Source: an uncultured Alphaproteobacteria bacterium (lineage in GTDB: Bacteria > Pseudomonadota > Alphaproteobacteria > ATCC43930 > CGMCC-115725). From it: 64,000 nucleotides of DNA. The notes beneath the pieces are model-generated. The model did no database searches and was not told the origin of the DNA. It was given only the letters and a program-made list of their open reading frames with translations. The stretch covers positions 16,324 through 80,323 of the forward strand of contig CAVXKY010000010.1 in the NCBI GenBank assembly GCA_963762425.1. The letters run 5' to 3'. Numbering within the stretch: position 1 is the first letter of the stretch; each line of letters opens with the position of its first letter. Both the position numbers and the translations under genes were made by a program. Of the stretch, positions 37,583 through 49,385 are shown one piece after another.

Positions 37583-40567
37583 ATGACCAGGCGCGCGGTC
37601 TTTTCGATAGCGCCGGAACTGCCCTTTCTCGACGCGCTGGTGGCGGGGCTGCTGAAGCTCGCCCAGGGCGATCCGCTCGCCTTGGCGCGTTTGACCGTGC
37701 TGCTGCCGACGCGCCGCGCCGCCCGCGCCCTGGGCGAGGCCTTCCTGCGCCAGGGCAAGGGCAGGCCGCTGCTGCTGCCGCGGCTGATGCCGGTGGGCGA
37801 TCTCGACGCCGAGGAATTGAACCTTTTGTCCGAGGAGAGCGAATCGGGCGGCGGCGGCGACATTCCGCCCGCCATCCCCGAGGCGACCAGGCGGTTGAAG
37901 CTCACGCGGCTGGTGCTGGCCTGGGGCAAATCCGCCGGCGTCGAGGCCATGAGCGCGGCGCAGGCGGCGCCCCTGGCCGCCGAGTTGGCGCGCTTTCTCG
38001 ACGAAGCCGCGACCGAGGGCTGCGACTTCGCCAAGCTCAAGGAGCTGGCGCCCGAACGCCACGCCGCGCATTGGCAACAGGTGCTCCAATTCCTCGCCAT
38101 CGTCACCGAATTCTGGCCCAAGGAACTGGAGGATCTGGGCGGGCTCGATCCGGCTTCGCGGCGCAATCTGGTGCTGCAACGCCAGGCCGAAGCCTGGACC
38201 CGGTCGCCGCCCGCGCACCCTGTCATCGCCGCCGGCATCACCGGCTCGGTGCCGGCGGTGGCGGAACTCATCAAGGTGGTGGCGGGATTGCCGCAGGGCA
38301 TGGTGGTGCTGCCCGGGCTCGATCAGGCCGCCGACGCCGAGACCTGGGACGCGGTCATTCTCGATCCCAGCCATCCGCAGCATCTGCTGGCCAGGCTGCT
38401 GGCGAAACTCGACGTCGCGCCCAAGGACGTGCGGCCCTGGCCCGCGCCCGGCGTCAAAGGCGGGCCGGTGTCGCGCGCGGCGCTGATCAAGGAGTCCCTA
38501 CGCCCGGCCGATGTCAGCCACCGCTGGGGCGCGATCTCCGGCATTACCGACAAGGCGCTCGCCGGGATGCTGCGAGTCGATTGTCCCGGGCCGCAGGAAG
38601 AAGCTTCGGTGATCGCGCTGCTGCTGCGCCAGAAGCTCGAGACGCCGGGCGCAACCGCCGCGCTGGTGACGCCCGACCGCGATCTCGCCCGCCGCGTCGC
38701 CGGTGAATTGCGGCGCTGGGGCATCGAGATCGACGATTCCGCCGGATTGCCGCTCGCCGCCTCGCCGCCCGGCGTGTTCCTGCGCCTGGTGCTGAACGCG
38801 GCGGCCGGGAAACTGGCGCCGCTGCCGCTCTTGTCCCTGTTGAAGCATCCCTTGGCCGCTTGCGGTCTCGCGCCCGCGCGTTTCCGCGAATTGGCGCGCA
38901 AATCGGAACTCGACGCTTTGCGCGGGCCCGCGTCCGGCGCCGGGCCTCGACGGGCTGATCGATGCGGTTTCGGATTCCGATCTCAAGGATTTCGTTTCGC
39001 GCATCGGCCGAAGCCTGTCACCGCTGATATCCCTGCTCGAAATCCCCCAAGGCCGCGCTCGCCGATCTCATCCAGACTCATGTTGCCGCCGCCGAGGCTT
39101 TGGCGGCGAGCGACCAGGCCAAGGGTCCCGCCAATCTCTGGCGCGAAGAGGCCGGCGAGGCGGTTGCGCTCCATGTGAGCGGGCTGCTCGAAGCGGCGCA
39201 CGGGTTTCCGCCGCTATCCGGCGCCGATTATCCCGCGCTGTTCGAGGCGTTGCTCGCGGGCGTGGTGGTGCGGCCCGCCTATGGCCGCCATCCGCGCCTG
39301 TTCATCTGGGGCCTGCTCGAGGCGCGCCTGCAACAGGCCGATCTCATGGTGCTCGGCGGCTTGAACGAAGGCGTGTGGCCGCCCCGCTCCGACAGCGATC
39401 CCTGGCTGTCGCGGCCGATGCGGCGGGATTTCGGCCTGCCGCCGCCCGAGCGGCGCATCGGCGCCGCGGCGCATGATTTCGCCCAGTGCCTGGGCGCGCG
39501 CGAGGTGGTGCTGACCCGGGCCTCGCGGGTCGAGGGCACGCCCACCGTGCCGTCGCGCTGGCTGTTGCGGCTCGACACCGTGCTGCGCGCGGTGAAGCTC
39601 GAGGAAAAGCTCTGGCACGGCCACGCCAAGCAGGGCGCGCCCCTGGCCTGGCAACGCCTGCTCGACGATCCGGGCGGCCCACCCGCGCCGGTGAGCCGCC
39701 CGCGCCCAGACCGCCGCTCGCGGCCCGGCCGCGCAAGTTTTCGGTGACCTCGGTCGAGACCTGGATCCGCGATCCCTACGCGATCTATGCGCGCCATATC
39801 CTGCGCCTCCGGCCGTTCGAGCCCATCGACCAGGACCCGGGCGTGGCCGAGCGCGGCATCTTCATCCACGCCGCGCTCGACCGCTTCCTGAAAGAACATC
39901 CGGCGCGATCTGCCCGAGAGCGCCGAGGCCGATCTGTTGCGCATCGGCCGCGAGGCATTCGGCGCGAGCCTCGAACGCGCCAGCGTGCGCGAATTCTGGT
40001 GGCCGCGTTTCGAGCGCGTGGCCTCCTGGCTGGTCGGCGTTCGAGCGCGAACGCCGAAGCGCGATCGCGCAAAGCTTCAGCGAGATCGAAGGGTCGCTCG
40101 TCCTGCCCGGCCAAGGCGGGCGACTTCACGCTGTCGGGCAAGGCCGACCGCATCGACCGCTTCAAGCGACGGCAGCCTCGCCATCCTCGATTACAAGACC
40201 GGCGTGCTGCCCTCGCCCGGCGAGATCAAGGCGGGCTACGCGCCGCAGCTCCGCTCGGAAGCCGCCATCGCCGAGGCCGGGCGGCTTTCCGGGCGTCGCG
40301 GCCGCGCGCGGTCGCGTCGCTGCTTTATTGGCGGCTGTCGGGCGGCGATCCGGCGGGCGAGGAAAAACCGGCGGCGCGCGACCCGGCAGCCGTGGCCGCG
40401 TTGGCGTCGTTAGGCGCTCGCCGGCCTCAAGAAGCTGATCGCGCATTTCGACGATCCCAAGACGCCTTACCGCTCGCTGCCGCAGCCGGAACGGGCGCCG
40501 CGCTATTCCGATTACACCCATCTGGCGCGGGTCAAGGAATGGCTCGTTGGGCGCGGGGACCGAATGA
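37583..40567 (+). pseudogene. addB: Double-strand break repair protein AddB (alphaproteobacterial type), about 10 frameshifts in its 3' half
   Basis: Intact frame from 37583 to about 38925 (FSIAPELPFLDALVAGLL..LLPTRRAARAL). After that the conserved sequence (..GLNEGVWPP..FSVTSVETWIRDPYAIYARHIL.., ILDYKTG..) hops between frames about every 150 nt. The end coordinate is approximate. Confidence 0.8.
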
Positions 40568-43500
40568 TCGAAACCCGATCCGGCCTTCCACCAGCGCCGC
40601 GCCTCCGCCCGCGACACCTCGGTCTGGGTCGCGGCCTCGGCCGGCACCGGCAAGACCAAGGTCTTGACCGACCGCGTGCTGTCGCTGCTGCTTTCGGGCA
40701 GCCGGCCCGAGCGTATCCTGTGTTTGACCTTCACCAAGGCTGCGGCGGCCGAGATGGCGATCCGCGTCAACGACCGCTTGAGCGACTGGGCGACGGTGAA
40801 CGGCGCGCGGCTGCGCTCCCAGCTCAAGCATCTCACCGGCGAGGAGCCCGATCCCGACACCATCGACCGCGCGCGCCGCTTGTTCGCCCGCGTGCTCGAC
40901 GCGCCGGGCGGCTTGCGCATCGACACCATCCACGCCTTCTGCCAGTCGCTGCTGCGCCGCTTCCCGATCGAAGCCAATGTCCCGCCGCATTTCCAGGTGA
41001 TGGAGGAGCGCAGCGCCGCCGAGGCGATGGAACAGGCGCGCGCGCAGGTGCTGGCGCGCGCCCGCGCCGGGAAGGACGGCGCGCTCAAATCGGCGCTGGC
41101 GCTGGTGACCCGGCTGGTGCCGGAACAGGGTTTCGCCGAGCTGATGGATCATCTGGCGCTCGGAACGCGCCCGGTTGGCCGCTCTCCTGGCCTACGGCCC
41201 CGCCGGGGTGGAATCGAAGCTGCGCGCGGTGCTGGGGCTGAAGCCGGGCGAAACCGCCGCGTCCATCCTCGAAGCCGCCTGCCGCGACCAGGCTTTCGAC
41301 GGCCCGAGCTCGAAGCGCGCGGCGGCGATGCTGTCGGCCAGCAAGGCCGCAGGACGACAAGGAGCGCGGCGCGCGGCTCGGTCAGTGGCTGGCGCATCCG
41401 GCACGCGCCGCGCCGGCTTCGACGAATATTGCCGGGCCTTTTTCACCAAGGACGGGGGCAAGCGCGCAACGTCTTCATGACCAAGTCCCTGGCCGACGCC
41501 GTCGCCCGATCTGGCCGTGGCGATGGAGGCGGAATTCGCCCGGCTGGAACGGGTGCGCGCGCGGCACGGCGCGGCGCTGATGGCGGATGCGACATCCGCG
41601 CTGCTGCGTCTGGGCGGCGCGGTGCTGGCCGCCTACGAGTCCATCAAGGCCTCGCGCGCGCTGCTCGATTTCGACGATCTGGTGCTCAAATCCGCGGTCC
41701 TGCTCGACGGCCGGGCGTCGCGCCCTGGGTGCTGTTACAAGCTCGACGGCGGCATCGACCACATCCTGATCGACGAGGCGCAGGACACCAATCCCGAGCA
41801 ATGGCGGGTGGTGGCGGCGCTGGCCGAGGAATTCTTCTCCGGCCAGGGCGCGCGCGAGGCAGATCGCGCACCGTCTTCGCCGTGGGCGACGTCAAGCAAT
41901 CGATCTTCAGCTTCCAGCGCGCCGATCCCGCCGAAATTCCTGCGCATGCGCGCGGCATTTCGAGGAGCGCGTCAAGGCGGCGCAGGCCGAAATGGGACGT
42001 GGTCGAGCTCGAAACCTCCTTCCGCTCCACCGCCGGCGATGCTGGAAGCGGTCGACGCCGTCTTCGCCGCGGCCGCGGCGCGCGACGGCGTCGCGCTCGA
42101 CGGCGCGCGAGATCCGCCACGAGGCCTTCCGCGTCGGGCGCGGCCGGGCTGGTCGAACTCTGGCCGCCGGTCGGGCCCGAGCGAAGGCGAGCCGCCCGAG
42201 CCCTGGGACGCGCCGCTTGTCGCAGTCGCAAAGCCGCGCTGCCGGCGGCGCGGCTCGCCGCTGGCGATGGCGGCCAAGATCGAGCGCTGGCTCGACACGG
42301 CGAGAAGCTGGAAGCGCACGAACCGCCGCATCACGCCCGGCGACGTCATGGTGCTGGTGCGCCGGCGCACGCCTTTCGTCGGCGCGCTGGTGCGCGCGCT
42401 GAAGGAGCGCGGCGTGCCGGTCGCCGGGCGTCGATCGCATGCTCCTGACCGAGCAGCTCGCGGTCGAGGACATGGTGGCGCTCGGCCAATTTCCTGCTGC
42501 TGCCCGAGGACGATCTGACCCTGGCCATGCGTGCTGAAGGGCCCGCTGTTCGGCTTCGGCGAGGACGCGCTGTTCGAGCTGGCCTGGCGGCGCGAAGGGC
42601 CGTCTGTGGAACGAGCTGCGCCGCCGCGCCGCCGACCGGCCGGAATTCCGCGCACGCCGCCGACGAGCTGGCCGAGCTGCTGGCGCAAGGCCGATTTCAT
42701 GCCGCCCTACGAGCTCTTCGCCGAGGTGCTGGGCGCGCGCGGCGGCCGGCGCAAGATGCTCGCGCCGGCTCGGGCCCGAGGCGGCCGATCCGCTCGACGA
42801 GTTGCTGGCGGCCGCGCTCGGCCTATGAGCGCGGCCACGGCGCCGTCGCTGCAAGGGTTTCTCCACTGGCTGGTGCTGGGCGAGCTCGAGATCAAGCGCG
42901 ATCTCGACAACGACAGCGGCCGCGACGAGGTGCGCGATCATGACCGTGCATGGCGCCAAGGGGCTCGAGGCGCCGATGGTGTTCCTGCCCGACACGCTGC
43001 AGGTGCCGCACAGCCGACGCCGCCGCCTGGTGTGGAGCGCGGCGACGGGCTGCCGCTCTGGCTGCGCGCAGCGGCGATCGCGCGCCGGCGGCGCGGCCGC
43101 GCGCGCAGGCAGCGCAACCGCAAGCGCGACCAGGAATATCGCCGGCTGCTCTACGTCGCGATGACCCGCGCCGAGGACCGGCTTTATGTCTGCGGCTGGC
43201 AGACGCAAGGCGGCCGCCCGAGGGCAACTGGTACGAGTTCATCGCGGCCGGGCTCGAAGGCGGCGGGCGGCGAGAGCTTCGCATTCGACGCGGGCAAGGC
43301 TGGACCGGCGACGACGGCTGGGCAGGCGACGGGCTGCGCCTGGTCATCGCGCCAGACGGCGCAAGACCGAGGAACCGGCAAGCCGGCGCGGCGCGCGCGC
43401 GCCGGCAAGTCCGCGCTGCCGGACTGGGCGCAGGCATCACCGCCAAGCCCGAGCCGTCGCCGCCCAGGCCGCTGGCGCCGTCGCGGCCGCGCGCGCGCCG

Positions 43501-44097
43501 AGCCGGCGGTGCGCTCGCCCTTGCGGCGGCGACGCAGGGCGCCGGCTTCCGGCGCGGCCTGCTGGTCCATCGCCTGCTGCAAAGCCTGCCCGAGCTGGCC
43601 CCCGGCAGAGCGCGAGGCGGCGGCGCGAGCGCTTCCTGGCGCTGCCGGTGCACGCTCTCGCCGCGCGACGAGCAGGAGGCGATCGCGCGCGAGACGCTGG
43701 CGGTGCTGGCGCATCCCGATTTCGCGCCGCTGTTCGCGCCCCGGCTCGCGCGGCCGAGGTGCCGGTCGTCGGGCTGATCGGCGGGTCGCGCGCGTCTCCG
43801 GGCAGATCGACCGGCTGGTGGTGACCGGCGACGAGGTGCTGATCGTCGATTACAAGACCCTGCGCCCGGTGCCGGCGAGCGAAGCCGCGGTGCCGGCGGC
43901 CTATCTCGAGCCAGATGGCGGCTTATCGCGCCGCGATCGCGGCGATCTATCCCGGCAAGACGCGATCGCTGCGCGCTGCTCTGGACCGACGGGCCCGGCG
44001 CTGATGCCGATCGGCGCCTGCTCGCTCGCGGCGCTTCCGACTTCGACCGCGCTATTCCTGGCCATGCGTCGCTTGACGACTTCGCCGGCTCGCCTAG
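40564..44097 (+). pseudogene. addA: Double-strand break repair helicase AddA (UvrD/Rep family), heavily frameshifted
   Basis: SVWVAASAGTGKTKVLTDRV (Walker A), ILCLTFTKAAAAEM, IDTIHAFCQSLLRR, ILIDEAQDTNPEQW, MTVHGAKGLEAP, RRLLYVAMTRAEDRLYV and LIVDYKT are found in different frames across ORFs 40664, 41517, 42531, 42950 and others. The end coordinate is approximate. Confidence 0.8.
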
Positions 44098-44129
44098 CTG
44101 TCAGCGTGTCCCGCGATTGGGAGAGTTGC

Positions 44130-44455
44130 ATGAAGCCGACCACCAAGGTCACCGACTCGTCGTTCGACACCGACGTGCTCGCGCGCCGAGGCCGGTGCTG
44201 GTCGATTTCTGGGCGGAATGGTGCGGCCCGTGCAAGATGATCGCGCCCGTTCCTCGAAGAGATCGCGCCGACGATCTGGGCGGCAAGGTGACGGTCGCCA
44301 AGATCAATATCGACGAGAACCCGCAGACGCCGAGCAAATACGGCGTGCACGGCATTCCGACCCTGATGCTGTTCAAGAACGGCCAGGTCGCCGCCACCAA
44401 GATCGGCGCGCTGCCCAAGAGCAAGCTCCTGGAATGGGTGCAGTCGGTCCTGTGA
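44130..44455 (+). pseudogene. trxA: Thioredoxin, three frameshifts in about 330 nt
   Basis: [17 protein letters not shown] in the frame of the ATG at 44130. [18 protein letters not shown] and [33 protein letters not shown] in the ORF 44117 frame. LEEIA is readable only in a third frame, around 44250-44275. Confidence 0.85.
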
Positions 44456-44460
44456 TTTTC

Positions 44461-44539
44461 GTCACCCCCGCGAAAGCGGGGGTCCAGGGTAAAAGACTGG
44501 ATTCCCGCTTTCGCGGGAATGACGGTTGGATGTCCCCGA
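44461..44539. repeat. REP-type double hairpin (PAKAGVQ / RFRGNDG-type element)
   Basis: CCCCCGC-GAAA-GCGGGGG and TTCCCGC-TTTC-GCGGGAA hairpins. Its tail TCGCGGGAATGACGGTTGGATGTCCCCG recurs at 46029-46056. Confidence 0.65.
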
Positions 44540-44814
44540 TAAAAGCGCCCTCCGGCCGCCCGTCTCTACGCGGCCTTTATGAAGGCAAGCGGTAATCGCC
44601 ATGGAACCTTAACGGGCGGCGGCCCTTATATCGGGCAACGCTCAACCACCGCAAAGGCCGCCAAATGTCCGCTTCCCGATTATTGCCGCCCGCAAGGCGC
44701 GCGCGCCGCAAGCTGAGCCTGCTTTACGTCGTGACCGCCGCCGTCGCGATGCAGAGCGCGGGCCTCGTCCTCGATCTTCTCCTGGTTCACTGACCGGGAA
44801 GCCGCTCGCCGGCT

Positions 44815-45939
44815 CTAGGCCGACTTGGCCGGCAGATCGGCGAGTTCCGTCTCATAGGCCTCGTCCATCCGCGGCTTCAGGCCGTGCTTGGCGAGCGCCT
44901 CGGCGAACATCTGGCGAACCACCGGCTGTTCGTCGGCATAATCGATCTGGTCGCCGCCGATGCGCCGGCTGATCCAGGCCTTCGGCACGCCCTGCGCGTT
45001 GCGGATCGAGACGACCTCATGCTTGAAGGCGAGATAGCGCGCCGGCGTCGTGCCGGTGTTGAAATGCTGGTGGAACCACATGTTGGGCGGCACGATCATG
45101 CGTGCCGACCTGCCAGTCGTAGCGCCGCGGCTCCTCGCCCTCCGGCCACATCAGCGAATAGCCCTCGCCGCTCAGGATGATCACATGCGCGCCCGGCCCA
45201 TGCGCAGTGCGCCTTCTTGTAGGTGCCGACCGGGAACTGCGAGATGTGGCTGTTCATCGAGCCCTTCGCCATGTTGAAGCGGATGTGGCCGCCGCCGGCG
45301 CCGCGCTCCTTGGCGGTGATCAGCGGCAGATTGATCGCGTCGGCGACGAAATTGGTGGTCAGCAGCAAGCCCTTCTGCTCGCCCTTGTTGCCGAAATAGT
45401 CGGGCTCGCCGGAGAAGCGGTTCTTGAAATCGTAGCGGCGTGTTGAAGACGAAATCGACGTCGTCGTAGAGATTGATGACCGAGCGGCGCATTGGTCACG
45501 GCGACGTAGCGCGCCGGTTCGCGGCCCTGGCCGTTGAAATGCTGGTGCCAGCAATTGAGCGGGATGGCGAACAGCGACGCCTGCCTTCCATTCGAAGGTG
45601 ATGCGCTGCGCCGGCATCGTTCCAGACGGTGGTCGAGCCGCGGCCGTCGAGCACGAGGATCATTTCCTCGAACAGCTGGCGCTGCGGCGCGAGCTTGCCG
45701 CCGGCCGGGATCTCGCAGACGTAGCAATCGTTCGACGTGCGCGAGGCCTCGTGGTTGATGTAGACGCCGCGGCCGCCGCGCCGCGCCCAGGGCTTCAGCT
45801 CGACCGTGTGCAGATTCGGCACGTAATGGGCGCCGATGATGTCGAGCCCTTCGCCGCGCACCCAGCGCGTGTAGGGCGTGTCCTTCTCGGTGGCGAATTT
45901 CTTCGCCATTTCATCCGAAACGATCGCGTTCTTGGCCAT
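44815..45939 (-). pseudogene. Bicupin protein (gentisate-dioxygenase-like fold), at least 6 frameshifts
   Basis: Start [10 protein letters not shown] at 45939 (GGGAG RBS). Cupin 1 motif [23 protein letters not shown] and cupin 2 motif [25 protein letters not shown] lie in different frames (ORFs 45496, 45359, 45181, 45096, 44815). Confidence 0.7.
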
Positions 45940-46028
45940 GCCAGAACTCCCGCAAGATCGGGCCGGCGGGGGGCTTGGGCCGCTCACCGCCGGCTTGCTC
46001 CATCTTAAACTACCATCCGCGCTTGTCA

Positions 46029-46056
46029 TCGCGGGAATGACGGCCGGATGTCCCGG
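46029..46056. repeat. Second copy of the RGNDG-type REP tail
   Basis: TCGCGGGAATGACGGCCGGATGTCCCGG versus 44511-44538. Confidence 0.6.
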
Positions 46057-46062
46057 CCCCCG

Positions 46063-47318
46063 TCATTTGTGATCGTAGGCGCGCTCGCCGTGGGTCGAGA
46101 GATCGAGCCCGTCATATTCCTGCTCGGCGGCTGACGCGCAGCGGCAGTAACGAGCGCCAGCAGCTTGATGAGCACGAAGGTCGCGAGGCCCGACCACGGC
46201 GCCGGCAGCGCCCACCGCCATGAGCTGCGCGCTGAGCTGCGTGCCGATGCGTCATGCCCGGCCGCATAGCCGACGCCGCCCAGAGCCGCGGCTGGCGAAG
46301 ACCGCGACCAGGAGCGAGCCCAGCATGCCGCCGACGCCGTGCACGGCGAAGACGTCGAGCGAATCGTCGAGCTGCAGCGTCTGCTTCACGACGCCGGTCG
46401 CGGCGAAGCAGCAGCACCCGGCGCCGGCGGCGCCGATGAGCATGGCGCCGATCGGGCCGACGAAGCCCGAGGCGGGGGTGATGGTGGCGAGGCCCGGCGA
46501 CGCGCCGGTGACGAGCCCGACCGAGGTCGGCTTGCCGATGCGCAGCCACTCGAGCGCCACCCAGGTCAGCGCCGCGGTCGAGGCCGCGAAATGGGTCGCG
46601 AGCACCGCCATGGCGGCCGTGCCGTTGGCGGCGAGCGCGCTGCCGCCGTTGAAGCCGAACCAGCCGACCCACAGCATGCCGGCGCCGACCATGGTCATGC
46701 CCGGGCTGTGCGGCGGCGTGCAGGTTGCGCGGGAAGCCGTCGCGCGGCGCCGACCATGATCGCCGCGACCAGCGCCGAGACGCCCGGCCGTGGTGTGGAC
46801 GACGATGCCGCCGGCGAAATCCATGCACGCCCGCCTGCGGCGAGCCAGCCGCCGCCCCAGACCCAGTGCGTCACCGGCAGCATAGACGACCAGCAGCCAC
46901 AGCGCGCTGAACAGCAGCGACGAAGCCGAAACTTCACCCGCTCGGCGAAGGCGCCGACGATCAGCGCCGGCGTGATGATGGCGAAGGTCATCTGGAACAG
47001 CGACGAAGACGCTCTCGGGCAGGCCTGCCGGCAGCGTCGTGCCGCCGATGATCGGCGAGGAAGGCCTTGCCCAGGCCGCCGATCAACGGCGCCGCCGTCG
47101 CCGAAGGCCAGGCTGTAGCCGACCAGGCCCCAGATCACCGACACGACGCAGCAGATGGCGAAGCAATGCATCATGACCGAGAGCAAGTTGCGCGCCCGCA
47201 CCAGCCCGCCGTAGAACAGCGCCAGCCCCGGCAGGGTCATGAACAGCACCAGCGCCGAGGCGGCCAGCACCCAGGCGGTGTCGCCGCTGTCGATCAGCGA
47301 CGCGTCGGCTGCGTTCAT
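46063..47318 (-). pseudogene. amtB: Ammonium transporter (Amt family), multiple frameshifts
   Basis: N-terminus MNAADASLIDSGDTAWVLAASALVLFMTLPGLALFYGGLVRARN. Later FAIITPALIVGAFAERVKF, THWVWGGGWLA, DFAGGIVVH, VHGVGG and a C-terminal GLDLSTHGERAYDHK are each readable only in alternating frames (ORFs 46695, 46252, 46112). Confidence 0.8.
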
Positions 47319-47527
47319 GCGATTTATCCCCCTTGCGGCCGCCCGCTCGCGGCTTCCCCGTAACCGGCCCGCCACCGGCGGCCCGGGCGGCATGTTATTT
47401 CACGGGAAGGCGATGCCCGGCAATGGCAGCGTAGGGCGGGGGCGGAACTACGCGGCCGCTTTCCCCGCGCCTTTCCGGGGCATGATCAGAATCGTTCTCA
47501 TTCGGCAACCGGGCGTCCCGCCACGGG

Positions 47528-48187
47528 TCAGCCTTGGTCCCACGGTCCGGTGAGCCGGCGCGGCTGCTCGAACAGGCGCGCGGTGGCCGCGCCGAAAATG
47601 ACGCCGCCGATATGCGCCATGTAGGCGACGCCGCCCGATTCGACGCCGGCGATGACGCCGAAACTCACCAGCTGGGCCAGGAACCAGAACCCGATCAGCA
47701 ACGCCGCCGGGATGAAGGTGACTTGGACGTAAAAGCCGATGATCAAGACCGTGCGGATTTTGTCGCGCGGGTACGTCACCAGGAACGCGCCCATCACGGC
47801 GGCGATCGCGCCGCTGGCGCCGAGATTGGGAAGCGTCGATCCGGGATCGACGGCGATTTCCGCCGCCATCGAAACCACGCCGCCCAGGAGATAGAACGCC
47901 AGGTAGCGCGCGGGGTTCATCGCGTCCTCGATCTCGGGCCCGAACGCCCACAGGAACACCATGTTGCCCAGGATGTGCGACCAGCTCGCATGCATGAAGA
48001 GCGCGGTCAGGATGGTGGCCAAATGCTGGCCGGCGACGATGTCGGCCGGCACCACCGACCAGCGGATGACGAAGGCGTCGCCCTGCGTCAGTTCGAGAAT
48101 GAAAGCCACGGCGTTCAACGCGATCAAACACGCGGTGACGGCGGGAAAGCGCCTGGGCCGCCGCGATACGTCCTGGAGTGGGATCAT
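47528..48187 (-). CDS. Rhomboid family intramembrane serine protease
   Basis: MIPLQDV.., HASWSHILGNMVFLWAFG, GASGAIAAVMGAF (catalytic Ser), AHIGGVIFG (catalytic His). Intact frame. Confidence 0.85.
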   Translation of the reverse strand: MIPLQDVSRRPRRFPAVTACLIALNAVAFILELTQGDAFVIRWSVVPADIVAGQHLATILTALFMHASWSHILGNMVFLWAFGPEIEDAMNPARYLAFYLLGGVVSMAAEIAVDPGSTLPNLGASGAIAAVMGAFLVTYPRDKIRTVLIIGFYVQVTFIPAALLIGFWFLAQLVSFGVIAGVESGGVAYMAHIGGVIFGAATARLFEQPRRLTGPWDQG

Positions 48188-48390
48188 GTCTTCTGTCGCC
48201 CGGGGAAATTCGCGCCGGCCCGATTTTAGCGGAAGCTCGCCCGGCGTGCGGTCCAAATCCACGCATCGCCCGACGCCGCCGGGGCATTCTTTTGCTTAAC
48301 ATGGACCAGGGACCGGATTTGGCGGCGTCTCGCGCCGCGCCATGTCCGCATCTTGTCCGATTTCCTAGGTTGCATTTCGTGACCGTCTCC

Positions 48391-48750
48391 TCAGGCCTGA
48401 GGCGGGCGTAATGCTTTAAATTGTTCGTAAGCCGCAATGGCATCCGCGGCATACATCAGTGCCGGGCCGCCGCCCATATAGACGGCCACGCCGAGCGTTT
48501 CTTCCACTTCCTCGCGGCTTGCGCCCATTTTCACCAATGCTTCGGAATGGAAGCCGATACAGCCTTCGCAATGCGCCGCAACGCCGATGGCAAGCGCCAT
48601 CAGCTCCTTGGTTTTTTTATTCAGAACGCCGTCTTTGGTGGCTGCCTGCGCCAGCGCGGAAAAACCCTGCATCGTATCCGCAATATCTTTGCGCAGCACC
48701 CTTAGATTGGCCGAGATGTTCTTGGTGATTTCCGGATAATTCTTTTCCAT
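48391..48750 (-). CDS. Carboxymuconolactone decarboxylase / AhpD-like family protein
   Basis: 119-aa ORF. KELMALAIGVAAHCEGCIGFH CxxC motif. G+C visibly lower than the surroundings. Confidence 0.8.
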   Translation of the reverse strand: MEKNYPEITKNISANLRVLRKDIADTMQGFSALAQAATKDGVLNKKTKELMALAIGVAAHCEGCIGFHSEALVKMGASREEVEETLGVAVYMGGGPALMYAADAIAAYEQFKALRPPQA

Positions 48751-48806
48751 GGGTTCTCCTTGGTATGGATGTTGAAGCGTCTAGGTTTCGGACACGGTCT
48801 CTTGGT

Positions 48807-48956
48807 TTAGGCGGAGCCTGTCGCCGCACGGCCTGATTTCGGGCCGAAATCCGGCGCCGAATCGACGATCGCGGCGTCGCTGCCGGCGGGATGCCGCACC
48901 AAATAACTCACGGTGAAGGGTTCCTCCTCGAAAAAGGCATCCATCCGCGCGGTCAT
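48807..48956 (-). pseudogene. N-terminal remnant (49 codons) of an MBL-fold hydrolase / persulfide dioxygenase (Blh/ETHE1-like)
   Basis: MTARMDAFFEEEPFTVSYLVRHPAGSDAAIVDSAPDFGPKSGRAATGSA-stop resembles the conserved FFD..T.T.SY.V.DP....AAIID.VLD.D..SGR start of Blh-type enzymes. No HxHxDH motif follows in any frame. Divergent from a BigR-like arsR gene. Confidence 0.45.
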
Positions 48957-49045
48957 CGCCGCCTCCCGGCGCCCTTGAAACGTCTCGTGGCCTCGTGTAT
49001 ATAAGCTATACCTTATTAAGTGTCAACTTATGGAAGAGGCGTTCA

Positions 49046-49381
49046 ATGACCGCATTGGCAATCCGCAACCCGTGCGATTTCGAGGCCAAGGCCGGCGAGG
49101 CCGCTTCCTTGCTCACCGCGCTGGCCAATCCGCGCCGGCTGATGATCCTGTGCGAGCTCGCCCAGGGCGAGCGTTCGGTCGGCGCGCTGGTCCGCGCCGT
49201 CGGATTGCAGCAGGCCGCCGTGTCGCAGCATCTCGCCAAGCTGCGCCGTGCCGGCGTGGTCGACAGCCGGAAGGAGGCGCAGATGGCGTTCTACCGGCTC
49301 AAGAGCCCGGCGGCCGTCGCCGTCGTCAACACCTTGTCCGCGATCTTCTGCCCCCCCTCCACCCGCAAAACGAAAAGGTAG
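49046..49381 (+). CDS. ArsR/SmtB family transcriptional regulator (BigR-like)
   Basis: LLTALANPRRLMILCELAQGERSVGALVRAVGLQQAAVSQHLAKLRRAGVV. AT-rich upstream region with the imperfect inverted repeat TATAAG-N6-CTTATT. Confidence 0.85.
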   Translation: MTALAIRNPCDFEAKAGEAASLLTALANPRRLMILCELAQGERSVGALVRAVGLQQAAVSQHLAKLRRAGVVDSRKEAQMAFYRLKSPAAVAVVNTLSAIFCPPSTRKTKR

Positions 49382-49385
49382 TCCC

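Noticed and set aside
44665-44793. 42-codon ORF (MSASRLLPPARRARRKLSLLYVVTAAVAMQSAGLVLDLLLVH), possibly a tail-anchored mini-protein
   Set aside because: High third-position GC is suggestive, but there is no clear RBS and no known family. It also lies inside the indel-dense block, where frames are unreliable.
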